Assembly: GCA_043228905.1 (NCBI GenBank)
Contig: JBHGNT010000013.1
Span: forward strand, 14,384,001 to 14,448,000
DNA: 64,000 nucleotides
Reading direction: 5' to 3'
From: Azolla caroliniana
Lineage: Eukaryota; Plantae; Polypodiophyta
Every line of letters starts with the position of its first letter. Positions within the stretch are counted from its first letter, which is position 1. The notes beneath the pieces were generated by a model, which had not been told where the DNA came from, made no database searches, and saw only the letters and a program-made list of their open reading frames with translations. Positions 23,860 through 35,316 of this stretch are shown here, one piece after another. The position numbers were made by a program, and so were the translations under genes.

Positions 23860-24705
23860 ATCATTAGTAAGATGTGACATGACATGTTCAACCTCATCCT
23901 CTGAAATATTAGCATCTAATGATTGTGCCACATAATGTGATACATGATTTTTTCACTGCATTAAAAAATACATATGTATGTATCTTTTTTAACATTATCA
24001 TAAATACATACTTGTACATCCAACAATTGTATATAATATTCAATGCATTTCTTCACAATTTCTTGAGGATTGGAACACATGATGCCATTTTCCTCTAACA
24101 TTGCCACCATAGATTGACATATTCGCATTCGTGGGGTTTCCCATTCGAATGCATACGAATACGTATACGAATGCATGGTCAAGTATTCGTTTGTCCAAAA
24201 AAAAAAGAGGGTTTAAGAACTCCCCTTTTAGTTTACTAGGATAAAAAAAAGGAACTTCACAATACAATAAAAAGGGACATTTTAAAAGAGGAACTATAAA
24301 AAGGAACATTAAGAGGGACTTGACACTAATAAATTTTTATAATAAATATAAAAGTATTCGTTTTATTTTTAATAAATAAATAAAATACAATAAAGGTTCA
24401 TTAATTCCTCACTTTTTATTTTGATATTAAAAATTGGACTTCACACTAATCATATTTCTATAATAAATATACAAATATTCGTTATTTAAAACAAATTAAT
24501 TAATTAAAATAAAGGTTCATAAACTTCCCTATTTTTTATTTGACACTATAAAAGAGAGTTAATAATAATCATATGTATATAATCTATTAATGAATGATTG
24601 TTCTTTTTTTAGTGAAATTAAATTTATTTAAATAAAAAAATGAATTAATTAATATTTTATATATTTTTGTAAAACGAATGGTTTTATAATATTCTTGGGC
24701 CATTT

Positions 24706-27700
24706 TGTTACAACCGTTACAATTACATAAAAGAAAATAGTAGAATATTTAAATAAATCTTGGAAGCACAAACGTTTCATCTCATGAACGTTTGGGCTCC
24801 CAATAAGTTTCTATTTAAAGAAGTAGTTGTGATTTTGAAAAGGGGGGGGGGGGTTCCCAATGGGGAAGGACCAAGTCATTAGTTAGTAATTCGCACTTAC
24901 CTTTTTTATTTCTATTGAATACAAAGAGTGTTCTCTCTCATTTTGTGCCATTGGTTTAATACTTGGTATCAGAGCAAGATAAGGATTGGCAAGCCATTCC
25001 AGCAAGAAGAGATTGAAGAAGTGGCACACGACACCACGAGAGGAGTCAAGGTAACCACAAAGATAGTAGACTATTTTTTTTTTTTCTCTCTCTTTTATCT
25101 AACCAATGGCGGGAAGAAGGCGAAGAAGAGGGATCAACTTGGGAGAGCTAGGGAACGAAGGAGACACTCCATTAGGGGAGATAGCCCTAGATCGAGGAGA
25201 CCAAGAGGCCACCGAATTAGAGAATGGAAGGTTCAATATGGAAGATCAAAGATGGGAGAGAGAAGAAGAGGAATCGGGGCCGCAAGGGAGAAGGCCCACG
25301 GAAGGAGCACCAGGGCGTTTGGAGGAGATGGTGCAGAGGCTGGAAGTCGGGAATGCCGAGAACCGCCGCCACAACTTGGGATCATTTAAACCTATCAAAC
25401 CAAAAATGTACATGGGGGAGAGGAACTCGGTGGTACTTACAAGTTGGATAAGAGAAACCGAACTATTCCTCGTCCAAAGTCAAGTAGAACCCGACTTGTG
25501 GGTGATGGTCTCCGCGTGTTTTTTGGATGGACCAGCACAAAATTGGTACATGTCGGGGGAAAGCGTGTTTGAGTTCATGCCTTGGACAGAGTTTAAGCGG
25601 GAATTGCGTCATTATTTCATACCACAAAATGAACATCTCCGCATCATGGATGAATGGAGGATGTTGAGACAAGGGGAAGGGCAACTCACCATGTACATTG
25701 AGAGGTATCGCCAAGTGACATTGCAGCTACCGCATCTTCATCAAATAACCAAACTCCACGGGTTCCTAGTTGGATTGAAGCCTCGGATCAGGATAGAGGT
25801 AGAAAAGATGAACCCTCAAACTTGTGAGGAAGCCATGAGGGTGGCAGAGATGATAGGAGACATAGAAGGGAGCTCCCGACCTTTCCACAACAATCTAGGA
25901 AGTACATCCAACAATCGTGGGTGGACGACTACCACTAGTTCGATAGGAAGAGGAACAACACGAGGGGATCCAATTAGATCGAGCTGGACAAATAGCGGGG
26001 GAGGAGGAGGACAGCCGGGGAGTCCCATTTCTACTTCAACACAACGAACCCCACTAATTAGAAGAGGCTGTTTTGAGTGTGGAGGCCCTCACTTGGCATG
26101 CAATTGTCCAAAAAAGAAGCAACTCACGGTGCGGGCAGCCACCTCACAACTCGAGTTAACAGAGCTCGAGGAAGGTTCCGAGCAAGACATACAAGCAATA
26201 GCAGCGCAATATGAGGAAGAAGATGAAGAAGTCGATGTACGTGCAGGAGCCGCCACCGCCTGGCCTACCTGTCTCACAGTCAAACTCAATAACACAAGTA
26301 ATCTCTTTCTCAACGTAAAAATTAATGGGCATAGTTGTGAGGCAATGGTAGACAACGGTGCAACACACAACTTCATAACACCTGAATGCGCGAAGAAGTG
26401 GGGATTAAAATTGCAACCTTTAACCAACCTCTCTGTGAGTTTTGTACAGGGATACACTAATAAGTGTTCATTAGCAGCCAATGTCTTGATTGAAGCGGGA
26501 GAATGGAAGGGGCGAACACCTTTTCTAGCGGTTGACATGGATGGGTGCGAGGTGATCTTAGGGCTAGAATGGGTGGATAAGTACGTCATCAACCAATTCG
26601 GGAAAAAGGTAGATAAGGTGTTACTAGATAATGAAGATGGGAAGGGAGGCATCATTGTAAACATGCATAGGAGAAATGCAAAGGCAAAGGCGACAACCGT
26701 GACCGCAAAACTTTGCACGGGAAAGGTGGCAAATCGAGTCTTAAAGAAGGGTGGCCAACTCTTTCTTTGCACGGCCCTGCAAGCATCAACAACAGTGAGG
26801 AAGGAAGAACTAAGGGCAGAAAATATGAAGGAAATATTAGAGCAATACAAGGATGTCTTAACAGCGGAGCTACCCAAAACTCTTCCGCCACAAAGGTTAA
26901 TCGATCATAAAATCCCAACCATTCCCGGAAGCATACCACCTGTAAAAGCTCCTTACCGAATGAATGCTACTCAATTAGCAGAGCTAAAACAACAATTACA
27001 AGAATTAGAAGCATGTGGGTTCATCAGACCAAGCCAATCACCTTACGGTGCGCCCGTCATTTTTGTGGCAAAGAAGGATGGGACATTGCGCATGTGCATG
27101 GATTACAGGTCTCTCAACAAAATCACCATAAAAAATAAATACCCATTACCTTTGATTTCCGACCTCTTGGATCAACTACAAGGAGCCCGTTATTTCTCTC
27201 GCATAGATCTCAGATCAGGGTATCATCAAATCCGCGTAGCTACGGAGGATATTGAGAAGACAACATTTAGGACGAGATATGGCAGTTTTGAATGGCTGGT
27301 GATGAGTTTCGGTTTGACAGGAGCACCCGGAACATTCTGTAGGCTCGGAAATGAAATTTTTAGGGATTATTTGGATAAATTTTTGATAATTTACATTGAT
27401 GATTTGTTAATTTTCAGTAAGACTTTTGAGGAACATAAACAACATGTCACCAATGTGCTGCAACGATTACGGGAGCATCAGTTATACGCAAAACCTGAGA
27501 AGTGTGAGTTCGCTATGGAGGAGCTTGAATTCTTAGGATTTCGAATAGGAAGAGAAGGGCTCAAGATGGATCCGGCCAAGGTAAAAGCAGTTCAAGATTG
27601 GCCACGACCCACCAAAGTCCTCGAAGTGCAGCAATTCATAGGCTTCGTCCAGTATGTGAGAAGATTTATTAAAAACTTCAGTCAAATCGCAACCCCACTG

Positions 27701-29934
27701 ACGAATCTCATCAAAGGCTCACAAACATTCTGTTGGTCTGAACGTGAACAACATGCCTTCGATCAATTGAAGGCAGTGTGTGTGCAACCGGTTCTTCAAC
27801 TCCCGGACTTTTCAAAACCATTTGAAATTCACACTGATGCTTCTGATTTTGCTTATGGGGCTGTGCTTATGCAGGATGGTCATCCGATTGCCTATGAGTC
27901 AAAAAAGTTTTCAGCGATAGAAAGTCGGTGGCCCACACACGAGAAGGAAATGTTGGCAATAGTTTATGCACTTCGGAAGTGGTGGCACTACGTACAAGAT
28001 AAATTTACACGAGTAGTGACCGACAACATCTCCTTGCAATATTTTCTGACACAACCACGACTTTCAGCAAAACAAATGAGATGGCAAGATATGTTAGCAG
28101 AATTTGATTTGGAGATTGTACATAAAAAAGGCAAGTTGCATACATTACCTGATGCATTAAGTCGATTGCCACGCATCCTCCATATTTCTGTCATCTCGGC
28201 TCAAGGATGGATAGATGAAGTACGACAAGCACAAACAGAGGATGCAGAGATGCGCGAATTAGTAACCAAAGTCATGAATGGGAGCATAACTCATGGAATG
28301 TACAAGTTGCAGGACGGCTTATTGTGGAGTGATGATAAAATAGTAATCCCGAATAATATATCACTAAAGGCAAAGATACTAAGGGAATTACATGATTACC
28401 ACATGGCCGGGCATGGGGGACAAAAGCGCACATTAAAAGCTGTTAAAAAGTTCTTCGTGTGGCCAAGAATGGAACATGAGATCATTGACTATATACGTTC
28501 ATGCCAGGTATGTCAAGCCGTGAAAGCTAGGCGAGGAAAAGCGCTCGGACTACTGCAACAGATGCCGGTACCATCCCGTCCATGGGATGTAATAAGCATG
28601 GATTTTATAATTGATTTACCCTCATCCAAGGGGTTTTGCATCCTTATGGTCATTGTGGATTTTTTTTCTAAACAAGCTCACTTCGTGCCGGCAAAGCCAC
28701 CTCTAACAGCGCAACATGTAGCACACTTGTTTTTTAAACATGTTTTTAAGTATCACGGGCTGCCAGAAATCATAGTATCAGATAGGAATCCAAGGTTCAC
28801 TAGTGGATTTTGGCAAGAATTGTTTCGGATTCTAGGCACACAGCTCCGTATGTCATCATCCGCACATCCGCAAACAGACGGGCAAACTGAGCGACTCAAT
28901 CAAGGCATCGAGGACTACATTCGATGTTATGTCAAAGCGGATCAGACGGACTGGGTGGAACACATCGACATGCTCGAATTTTGTTACAATGCTGCAATCC
29001 ATTCATCAACGGGATTCTCTCCATTCGAGCTCGCCACAGGTAAAGAAGTCCTCACACCGATTGCTTTATTGCATACAAATAAGAAGACACAAGTAGAGGA
29101 ATTGGATGTGTCTCGTTTTTTGGAGGAGTGGAAGGACCGGATGCAAGCAGCACAAGAGCATCTCATAAAAACAAAGTCACAGATGATCAATCGTGTCAAT
29201 AAGAAACGGGAACACGTGGAGTTTTACCCAGGGGATTTAGTACTTGTCAATTCGGCTAGTTGGCCGTTACTTCAGGGCCTCACGCCCAAGTTTAACCATA
29301 GGTTCTATGGACCATACAAGGTGGTCAAACAACTCAATAATGTATCCTACAAATTACAACTTCCGGAGGCTTCCAAGATACATGATGTTTTTCATGTTAG
29401 CCTGCTAAAACGTTTCCACCTAGATGAAACATGGGGGCGCGAGGCAACTATTAGATGTGAACCTGAAGCACTTTTGAAGACACAGGTTCGTAGAGGGAGA
29501 AGACGCTACTTCATCAAGTGGCGAGGGAAACCATTATCCGAAGCATCGTGGGTAACTGAAGAAGCGTTGCTACAAGCAGGGTTTGAATGGCTACTTGAGC
29601 CTCTACAACAACCAGAGCCCTGACCTAGGAACCTTTATGCAATAGTTTCGAGGTCGAAACTCTCTCGACTAGCGGGAGAGTGTTACAACCGTTACAATTA
29701 CATAAAAGAAAATAGTAGAATATTTAAATAAATCTTGGAAGCACAAACGTTTCATCTCATGAACGTTTGGGCTCCCAATAAGTTTCTATTTAAAGAAGTA
29801 GTTGTGATTTTGAAAAGGGGGGGGGGTTCCCAATGGGGAAGGACCAAGTCATTAGTTAGTAATTCGCACTTACCTTTTTTATTTCTATTGAATACAAAGA
29901 GTGTTCTCTCTCATTTTGTGCCATTGGTTTAATA
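24706..29934 (+). mobile_element. Intact Ty3/gypsy chromovirus LTR retrotransposon
   Basis: LTRs at 24706-24961 and 29681-29934 are identical except for poly-G length. PBS TGGTATCAGAGC at 24964-24975, PPT AGCGGGAGAG before 29681. 4-bp TSD ATTT at 24702-24705 and 29935-29938. Confidence 0.97.
25106..29623 (+). CDS. Gag-pol polyprotein (gag, zinc knuckle, protease, RT, RNase H, integrase, chromodomain)
   Basis: Single 1505-aa ORF with CFECGGPHLACNC, VDNGATHNF, YIDD, HTDAS, H..GH..CQVC, SMDF/VSD/QTER, GPY and a C-terminal YFIKWRG..EASW chromodomain. Confidence 0.96.
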   Translation: MAGRRRRRGINLGELGNEGDTPLGEIALDRGDQEATELENGRFNMEDQRWEREEEESGPQGRRPTEGAPGRLEEMVQRLEVGNAENRRHNLGSFKPIKPKMYMGERNSVVLTSWIRETELFLVQSQVEPDLWVMVSACFLDGPAQNWYMSGESVFEFMPWTEFKRELRHYFIPQNEHLRIMDEWRMLRQGEGQLTMYIERYRQVTLQLPHLHQITKLHGFLVGLKPRIRIEVEKMNPQTCEEAMRVAEMIGDIEGSSRPFHNNLGSTSNNRGWTTTTSSIGRGTTRGDPIRSSWTNSGGGGGQPGSPISTSTQRTPLIRRGCFECGGPHLACNCPKKKQLTVRAATSQLELTELEEGSEQDIQAIAAQYEEEDEEVDVRAGAATAWPTCLTVKLNNTSNLFLNVKINGHSCEAMVDNGATHNFITPECAKKWGLKLQPLTNLSVSFVQGYTNKCSLAANVLIEAGEWKGRTPFLAVDMDGCEVILGLEWVDKYVINQFGKKVDKVLLDNEDGKGGIIVNMHRRNAKAKATTVTAKLCTGKVANRVLKKGGQLFLCTALQASTTVRKEELRAENMKEILEQYKDVLTAELPKTLPPQRLIDHKIPTIPGSIPPVKAPYRMNATQLAELKQQLQELEACGFIRPSQSPYGAPVIFVAKKDGTLRMCMDYRSLNKITIKNKYPLPLISDLLDQLQGARYFSRIDLRSGYHQIRVATEDIEKTTFRTRYGSFEWLVMSFGLTGAPGTFCRLGNEIFRDYLDKFLIIYIDDLLIFSKTFEEHKQHVTNVLQRLREHQLYAKPEKCEFAMEELEFLGFRIGREGLKMDPAKVKAVQDWPRPTKVLEVQQFIGFVQYVRRFIKNFSQIATPLTNLIKGSQTFCWSEREQHAFDQLKAVCVQPVLQLPDFSKPFEIHTDASDFAYGAVLMQDGHPIAYESKKFSAIESRWPTHEKEMLAIVYALRKWWHYVQDKFTRVVTDNISLQYFLTQPRLSAKQMRWQDMLAEFDLEIVHKKGKLHTLPDALSRLPRILHISVISAQGWIDEVRQAQTEDAEMRELVTKVMNGSITHGMYKLQDGLLWSDDKIVIPNNISLKAKILRELHDYHMAGHGGQKRTLKAVKKFFVWPRMEHEIIDYIRSCQVCQAVKARRGKALGLLQQMPVPSRPWDVISMDFIIDLPSSKGFCILMVIVDFFSKQAHFVPAKPPLTAQHVAHLFFKHVFKYHGLPEIIVSDRNPRFTSGFWQELFRILGTQLRMSSSAHPQTDGQTERLNQGIEDYIRCYVKADQTDWVEHIDMLEFCYNAAIHSSTGFSPFELATGKEVLTPIALLHTNKKTQVEELDVSRFLEEWKDRMQAAQEHLIKTKSQMINRVNKKREHVEFYPGDLVLVNSASWPLLQGLTPKFNHRFYGPYKVVKQLNNVSYKLQLPEASKIHDVFHVSLLKRFHLDETWGREATIRCEPEALLKTQVRRGRRRYFIKWRGKPLSEASWVTEEALLQAGFEWLLEPLQQPEP

Positions 29935-30829
29935 ATTTCGTATTCTCAAATATTGAGAATATCACGCATGGAGAATATGGAGAATATCACGCATGTGTCA
30001 ATCTATGTTGTGCATGTGATTCATGAAGGTCATGAAAAAAGTTATGTGATTGACAATTAACATCCTCCACTTGTTGTCTTAGATGATGTAGTCTAGCATG
30101 CTGATAATTTTTCGTCGTATGATCATGCATCGCAAAAATTAATACATCTTGATATCCCATCAACGTTACATCCATTGCCCAATAAGTTAACAATGAGTTG
30201 CATTTATCAAGCAAATTAATTAGGAGACTTAATTTCTTTCTCCATCTAAAATCATGGTGAATTCCATAATACCTAGTATTAATTTCTTCTTCAATGGTTA
30301 AGTAATTCTGTTGTCATTATCGATCCTTCCTTATTATGGTTCCTATTTTTTTGGTGCTACAACCAACTCATGTTGCTTATTAATGCTACCCCATGCTCAG
30401 ATGGAGTAACCATCACGTCCAAAAATGTACATTAAAACCCATAATCACACACGAGGATCAATTGCAAGGCACGTCTACTTATCGATAGGTTGATAGGATA
30501 ATCAATCCCATGGCATTGGGTTTACATGCGGGCTTTTCTAGTGAAATGTCACATTCTTGATTGTATTAACAACTTGGCAATGCCCAAACATTTCTCCCCT
30601 AATGCGTTGGCCGACCAAGCATACCACATCAATAATGTCTTCAGGGGAGGGGGGGGGGGGGGGGGTGATCAGCCCGATACCTCTCAAAGTTTGTAACGCT
30701 GTGTGGAAAACATGGGAGAAACAAATCCCTTTGGAAGTAGAGGGGTATGGTTTTAGGAAATATCCAAAACCTTAGAGGCAGGGGTATTCGTTGGAAATTA
30801 GGGAAATCTGCATTTGTTGCCTCTTCTTC

Positions 30830-33309
30830 TTCGCCTTCTTCAACACAGTCTAAAACCCTCTGTCGCCATAGCTCGTCACGGCTTCAACGAGCTCCTTCTC
30901 TGCCCTTTCTTTATCACAGGTACATCTACATACGCACCCATCCCTTTCTTATTGATTTCATTCTAAGCTTTGCAAAGGCTTCGTTTAGCAATTATTATTT
31001 TTAAGCCAGAGGGAGATGTATGCACTTTCTTTTCTGCATTTTGCATTGTTCGGCCTTCGCCAAAGTAGAAATCAAATAAAGGTTAACTTTTTCCAGATAA
31101 TCTAGAGTAATTAAAAAACTTTTAAGGGTCCGTATTAAAGAATCTGAAACACCATGCTTGAATGCAAAGTTTCATGCACAACCCTATTCCTGCAAGATGA
31201 TTTTCATATGTTGCGTCTCTTGTAGGTGCATTCATTTCATCAAATATAATAAGTTTTCGTATGTCCTTGCCGTGGTGATGCCATCCTCTAGGTAGGAAAA
31301 TAGATCATTCAAATTGTTAACTGGCGGAACAATGTAACAAGGTGTGAAACAAGTCAAAGGGAGCCAAACACTAACAGCCGAACAAAGGAAGCTGAGAGTG
31401 AGTGTTGTACCGATAGTGATTGGTACTTGTATCTGTGGATGATTGTACTATAATAGAATATACTTTCTTGTGGGCAACTGGAGTGTTCTTTCTTTTAAGT
31501 CTGGTATAAAAGTACTGTCTGTGTAGGAATCGTATCCAGCCAGATAATTTTTTGTATTTGTCGATCATAGCAAATCCGAGTGGGTAGACCTGAATAACCG
31601 TTCGTACGTGTCACGAGTGCAGTGAAGTCAATATACTGTGTATCAATTTGAATAACAGGTGCAGCCGGGTGCCGTAACCCCAACTCCACTTCGCACCACA
31701 ATACCTTGATCTGATTACTCAGGAGGATTAATCGACGGTGTTCCCCCAGGAAGGAGTAGCACAAATCAAAGCAAGCGTAAAAGTAATAGTTTTGATCATG
31801 GATGAATGGATATAACGACTGGAGTGTTCTTTCTTTTAAGTCTGGTATAGAAGTACTGTCTGTGTAGGAATCATATCTAGCCGGATACTTTTCTGTATCT
31901 GTCAATCAAAGCAAATCCAAGTGGGTAGACCTGAATAACGGTTCACGAGTACAGTGAAGTCAGTATACCGCATATCAATTCGAATAACAGGTGCGGCCAG
32001 GTGCCGTAACCCCAACTCCCCTTCGCACCACAATACCTTGATCCGATTACTCAGAAGGAGTAGCACAAATCAAAGCAAGCGTAAAAGTAATAGTTTTGAT
32101 CATGGATGAATGGATATAGCAACTGGAGTGTTCTTTCTTTTAAGTCTGGTATAGAAGTACTGTCTGTGTAGGAATCGTATCTAGACGAATACTTTTCTGT
32201 ATCTGTCGATCATAGCAAATCCGAGTGGGTAGACCTGAATAACAGTCCATACGTATTAAGAAGATATGGAGGTATATAATGTATGGTTAAGGAGGGATCA
32301 GAGAACTTGGGTATTATCAAATATGACCAACATGAATATCACGTATGAAGAAAGATAACGATACTACATGCACACCTATTTTTATGACAGGCCACAATAT
32401 GCTATATCCCTTCATCCATGATCAAAACTATTACTTTTACGCTTGCTTTGATTTCTGCAACTCCTTCCTGGAGGAACACTGCCGATTACTCCGAAGCATA
32501 TTGTGGTACGAAGGGGAGTAGGGGTTACGGCACCCGGCCGCACCTGTTATTTGAATAGATACGCGGTATACTGACTTCACTGCACTCGTGATTGCCTTGG
32601 ATTTGTAGCGCATTTCAAAGAATGTGCCGCCCTTCTCCAATCCATGAGTCGGTGGCTTATTATGCTCTCTTTGTTCAACAAGAAATACTTCCCACTCCAT
32701 TACTACTGTTATCTATAACAGCTTCCACATTCCACAGATATTCATTAATTTACAATTCCAAAAACATGCATGCAAGATGGTGCCCTGACTTGTTGAGAGA
32801 CTTTGCTTCCCCCTCCATAGGCTCCATATGACATGTTCCTACATATTGAATGAGCTTGTTGCCTTTTGATGTGTCTTTCCTTCACAGGATAGCTCTAGCT
32901 TTTTTTCTTACCCCCACATGCTTTGTGTTCTGCTGCATATAAGTGTATGATGTCTTCACACTACCCGAGATAGATGAAGCTATTATCAAGAACAATCTTT
33001 TGCTTTCCTTCATCAATCATAGTCCAATACAATAGGTCTTTATCATTATCATATAACCTTTTGCCTATTCTATTCCGAGGATATGAAAATAAATTTAAGA
33101 AAGATCAAATCAATATTTGAGAATAAAAGCATACTTTTTTAAACTGACAGAAGATGAGACACCCTTTATTATGATTTAGACAACAAATGAATGACACCAA
33201 AGCCCTAAAGTAGGTTGCGATAAAATGAGATTTTTGGTTAAATGCAGAGTCTTAAGGAAGACTTAAAAGGCTTCAGGATTTGGGGGACTTTGTCGAGGAG
33301 GAAGGAACT
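30830..33309 (+). other. Probable 5'UTR exons and introns of the YkgJ-family gene (exons ~30830-30919, 31226-31291, 33248-33309)
   Basis: CT-rich leader with AAACCCT. Donor CAG|GTACAT at 30920, acceptor TGTAG at 31225, donor AG|GTAGGA at 31292, acceptor TGCAG at 33247. Inferred from splice signals only. Confidence 0.5.
31474..32591. repeat. Mixed direct/inverted repeat array X-Y-X-Y-X-spacer-Y(inverted)
   Basis: X (~125 bp) at 31474-31598, 31818-31939 and 32119-32243. Y at 31611-31814 and 31943-32120. Reverse complement of Y at 32401-32591. Confidence 0.9.
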
Positions 33310-35316
33310 ATGGCAAGTATTCATAAAAGATACTATTCATCAGGCATTCGTCCAATTCTTCGTGCTCTGGTGAACATAAAGAACATCGAGGATGCGAATG
33401 TGGGCAACAAGCTTTTCAAGGTCATAGCTCCCAAAGCAAAGGCTGTGGAGGAGCTGCCATCATCCTCTAAAGAGGAACCACCAGGTGTCCAGAACCTTCC
33501 TATGGTTGTGAAAGCAGAGATGGAGCGCAGAATACCTAAGCCTTCGAAGAAGAAGGAACCTCTCCCTCCTGTCGGATCTTGGAAAGCAAGGACAGCTTGG
33601 GCCTGCATGAAAGATTGCGGAGCTTGTTGTCATTTAGAAAAGGGTCCTCAGTATCCTCCTGTTGAGGAAGTCCTGAAAGATCCAAAGGAAGCTGCGGTGT
33701 GTATTTTTCCATGTAGAATCATCCTCATGATCTTTATTTTAAGTGATTCTCATCACTAAAGGGAGTCTGCAATGTTGTGTGTACACTAGCTAAGGTTAAT
33801 TTATCTCTTGTTCTCTTTTCTTTTCTCTTGACATTCTGATTGCCATTTGTGGCAACTGAGGTTGGGATATAAGTTGAACTACCCAACCGATGGGTTACAG
33901 AGACATTTCAATCGATGGTAGAAAGATAACCAGAATTTCAGCTCAGGAAGTTAAATGACCTTACAGAGACATTTCAATCAATGGTAGAAAGATAACCAGA
34001 ATCTCAGCTCAGGAAGTTAATGACCTTGTTTCTTACAGAGCAAGGCATTTTAATCAATAGGTGAAAAGATAAACAGAATTTTATGAAAATGATGCCATGA
34101 GTTCTTGGGTTCCCACTTAATACACTACAAAACATCCTCTTTATCAACAGTATTGCTCTGAATTACATCTAGCTATGGGTTGTGTGACAGAATTTTCAAA
34201 TCTTCTGTAGTTAAAGTTCTGGACCTTGATTACACATGAAACCTTGCTGTAGAGAAATTGTTGTCCAAAATAGCTCTCTTCGTAAAGAAACTCATTTTTT
34301 GAGGTACAGTTACCTACCGCGCATCTGTAGTGTGGATTGTTTTTGACCAATCTAGATAAATACTAGTTTTGCACCTTTAATCATACAATATACATTCATG
34401 GGCGTTGCATATAAAGATTAAACAGGGGCCTTTAACAAAGAATGTGATGTAAAATGAGCTACAAATAAAGATTAAACAGGGCATTTGACAAGAAGTGTGT
34501 TTATGTCTTATGTCTTTCTATTATCTTTTCCAACAGTTGTATAAGAGCATGATAGGAAAGGATGGGTGGTGCAAGAATTTTGATAAAAGCTCTCGTCAGT
34601 GCGGAATATACAATGGTAAGTAAGAATAATTAAGAAGTTCATAAAAACCATATGATAGAGATAGATGGCCTTCGTTCTCTAGAGGTGTATGCCAACAATC
34701 TGTGTGCCATAGTGCACGAATCTTGTTAATGGTCTAAATCTTTCATGCAAAGATGTGGAGGCACATGTAGAAAGATCTATATCAGGATAAACAAAAAAAT
34801 TGAAATATAAATGCAATTCTTAGTAAAGGAGCTATAATTTCTGTTACACTGAATGTTTGGTGACCAAATTGAAGAGTGTGGAAGGTAAAGATTTTCACTT
34901 GGAGCTTGTTCATTCACATTCATAAGTTTTCCTAATTTTCTTTTGTTAGTTGGATTACATTGATTTTGCCCCCACTTTTCAGCTGTTAAAAGTTAGTTTT
35001 GTGGATATTTAGCAGCAAATCTGAATATATTCTGATTGCAGACCGGCCACGCTTTTGTCGTGTTGAGCCTGAGGTTTTGGAGGATTTGTTTGGTATACCT
35101 GAGCATAAAGTAGACAAAGAAGCTTGCAGGTTCCAGTTTTTTTTCATTCTTTAACTTTCTTTAGTATATGTTTTCATTTTTGAGCTGTAATTCTAAATGA
35201 ATAAATGCAGCTTGTGTCGAGATTCAATATCAGAGGTATATGGCTGTAAGTCCAAGGAAATGAAGAACTTTGAACGTTTGATTGGGAGCTTGAAAAAAGG
35301 TGCCCATCATACATAG
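33310..35316 (+). CDS. YkgJ/UPF0153 (CxxCxxCC) putative zinc/iron-chelating cysteine-cluster protein; 4 coding exons (33310-33696, 34537-34615, 35042-35129, 35211-35316), 219 aa
   Basis: GT-AG introns with consistent phases join WACMKDCGACC..|LYKSMIGKDGWCKNFD..CGIYN|DRPRFCRV..AC|SLCRDSISEVYG..*. The N-terminal extension could be an organellar transit peptide. Confidence 0.92.
33893..34026. repeat. ~68-bp tandem duplication in intron
   Basis: TTACAGAGACATTTCAATC..GGAAGTTAAATGACC occurs twice, with a third diverged copy following. Confidence 0.8.

Larger units (their letters stand above)
24108..30007. mobile_element. hAT-like MITE (~670 bp net) hosting the gypsy element
   Basis: Perfect 12-bp TIR CATAGATTGACA (24108-24119) / TGTCAATCTATG (29996-30007). 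AT-rich body with ATTCG/CGAAT motifs. Flanks do not form a TSD. Confidence 0.75.
20720..30650 (-). mobile_element. Decayed L1-type LINE ORF2 interrupted by two hAT MITEs and a gypsy element
   Basis: Fragments NDKSPGWDG (split at 23141), LLPK..WRPISL, LDIAEAYD, GCPVGPLLF, ALADD, HLG and zf-RVT (VFIWR..CFFC..HRFLSCP). In-frame 159-bp internal tandem duplication at ~22617-22935. Ends are approximate. Confidence 0.85.

Noticed and set aside
31200-31300. Minus-strand LIIFDE resembling a Walker B motif
   Set aside because: No Walker A or extended ORF, and the plus strand has splice signals of a UTR exon. Likely coincidence.
31474-32243. Repeat array as CRISPR-like or a group II intron
   Set aside because: Units are 125-200 bp with repeated rather than unique spacers, no cas genes are present, and no domain V consensus was found.
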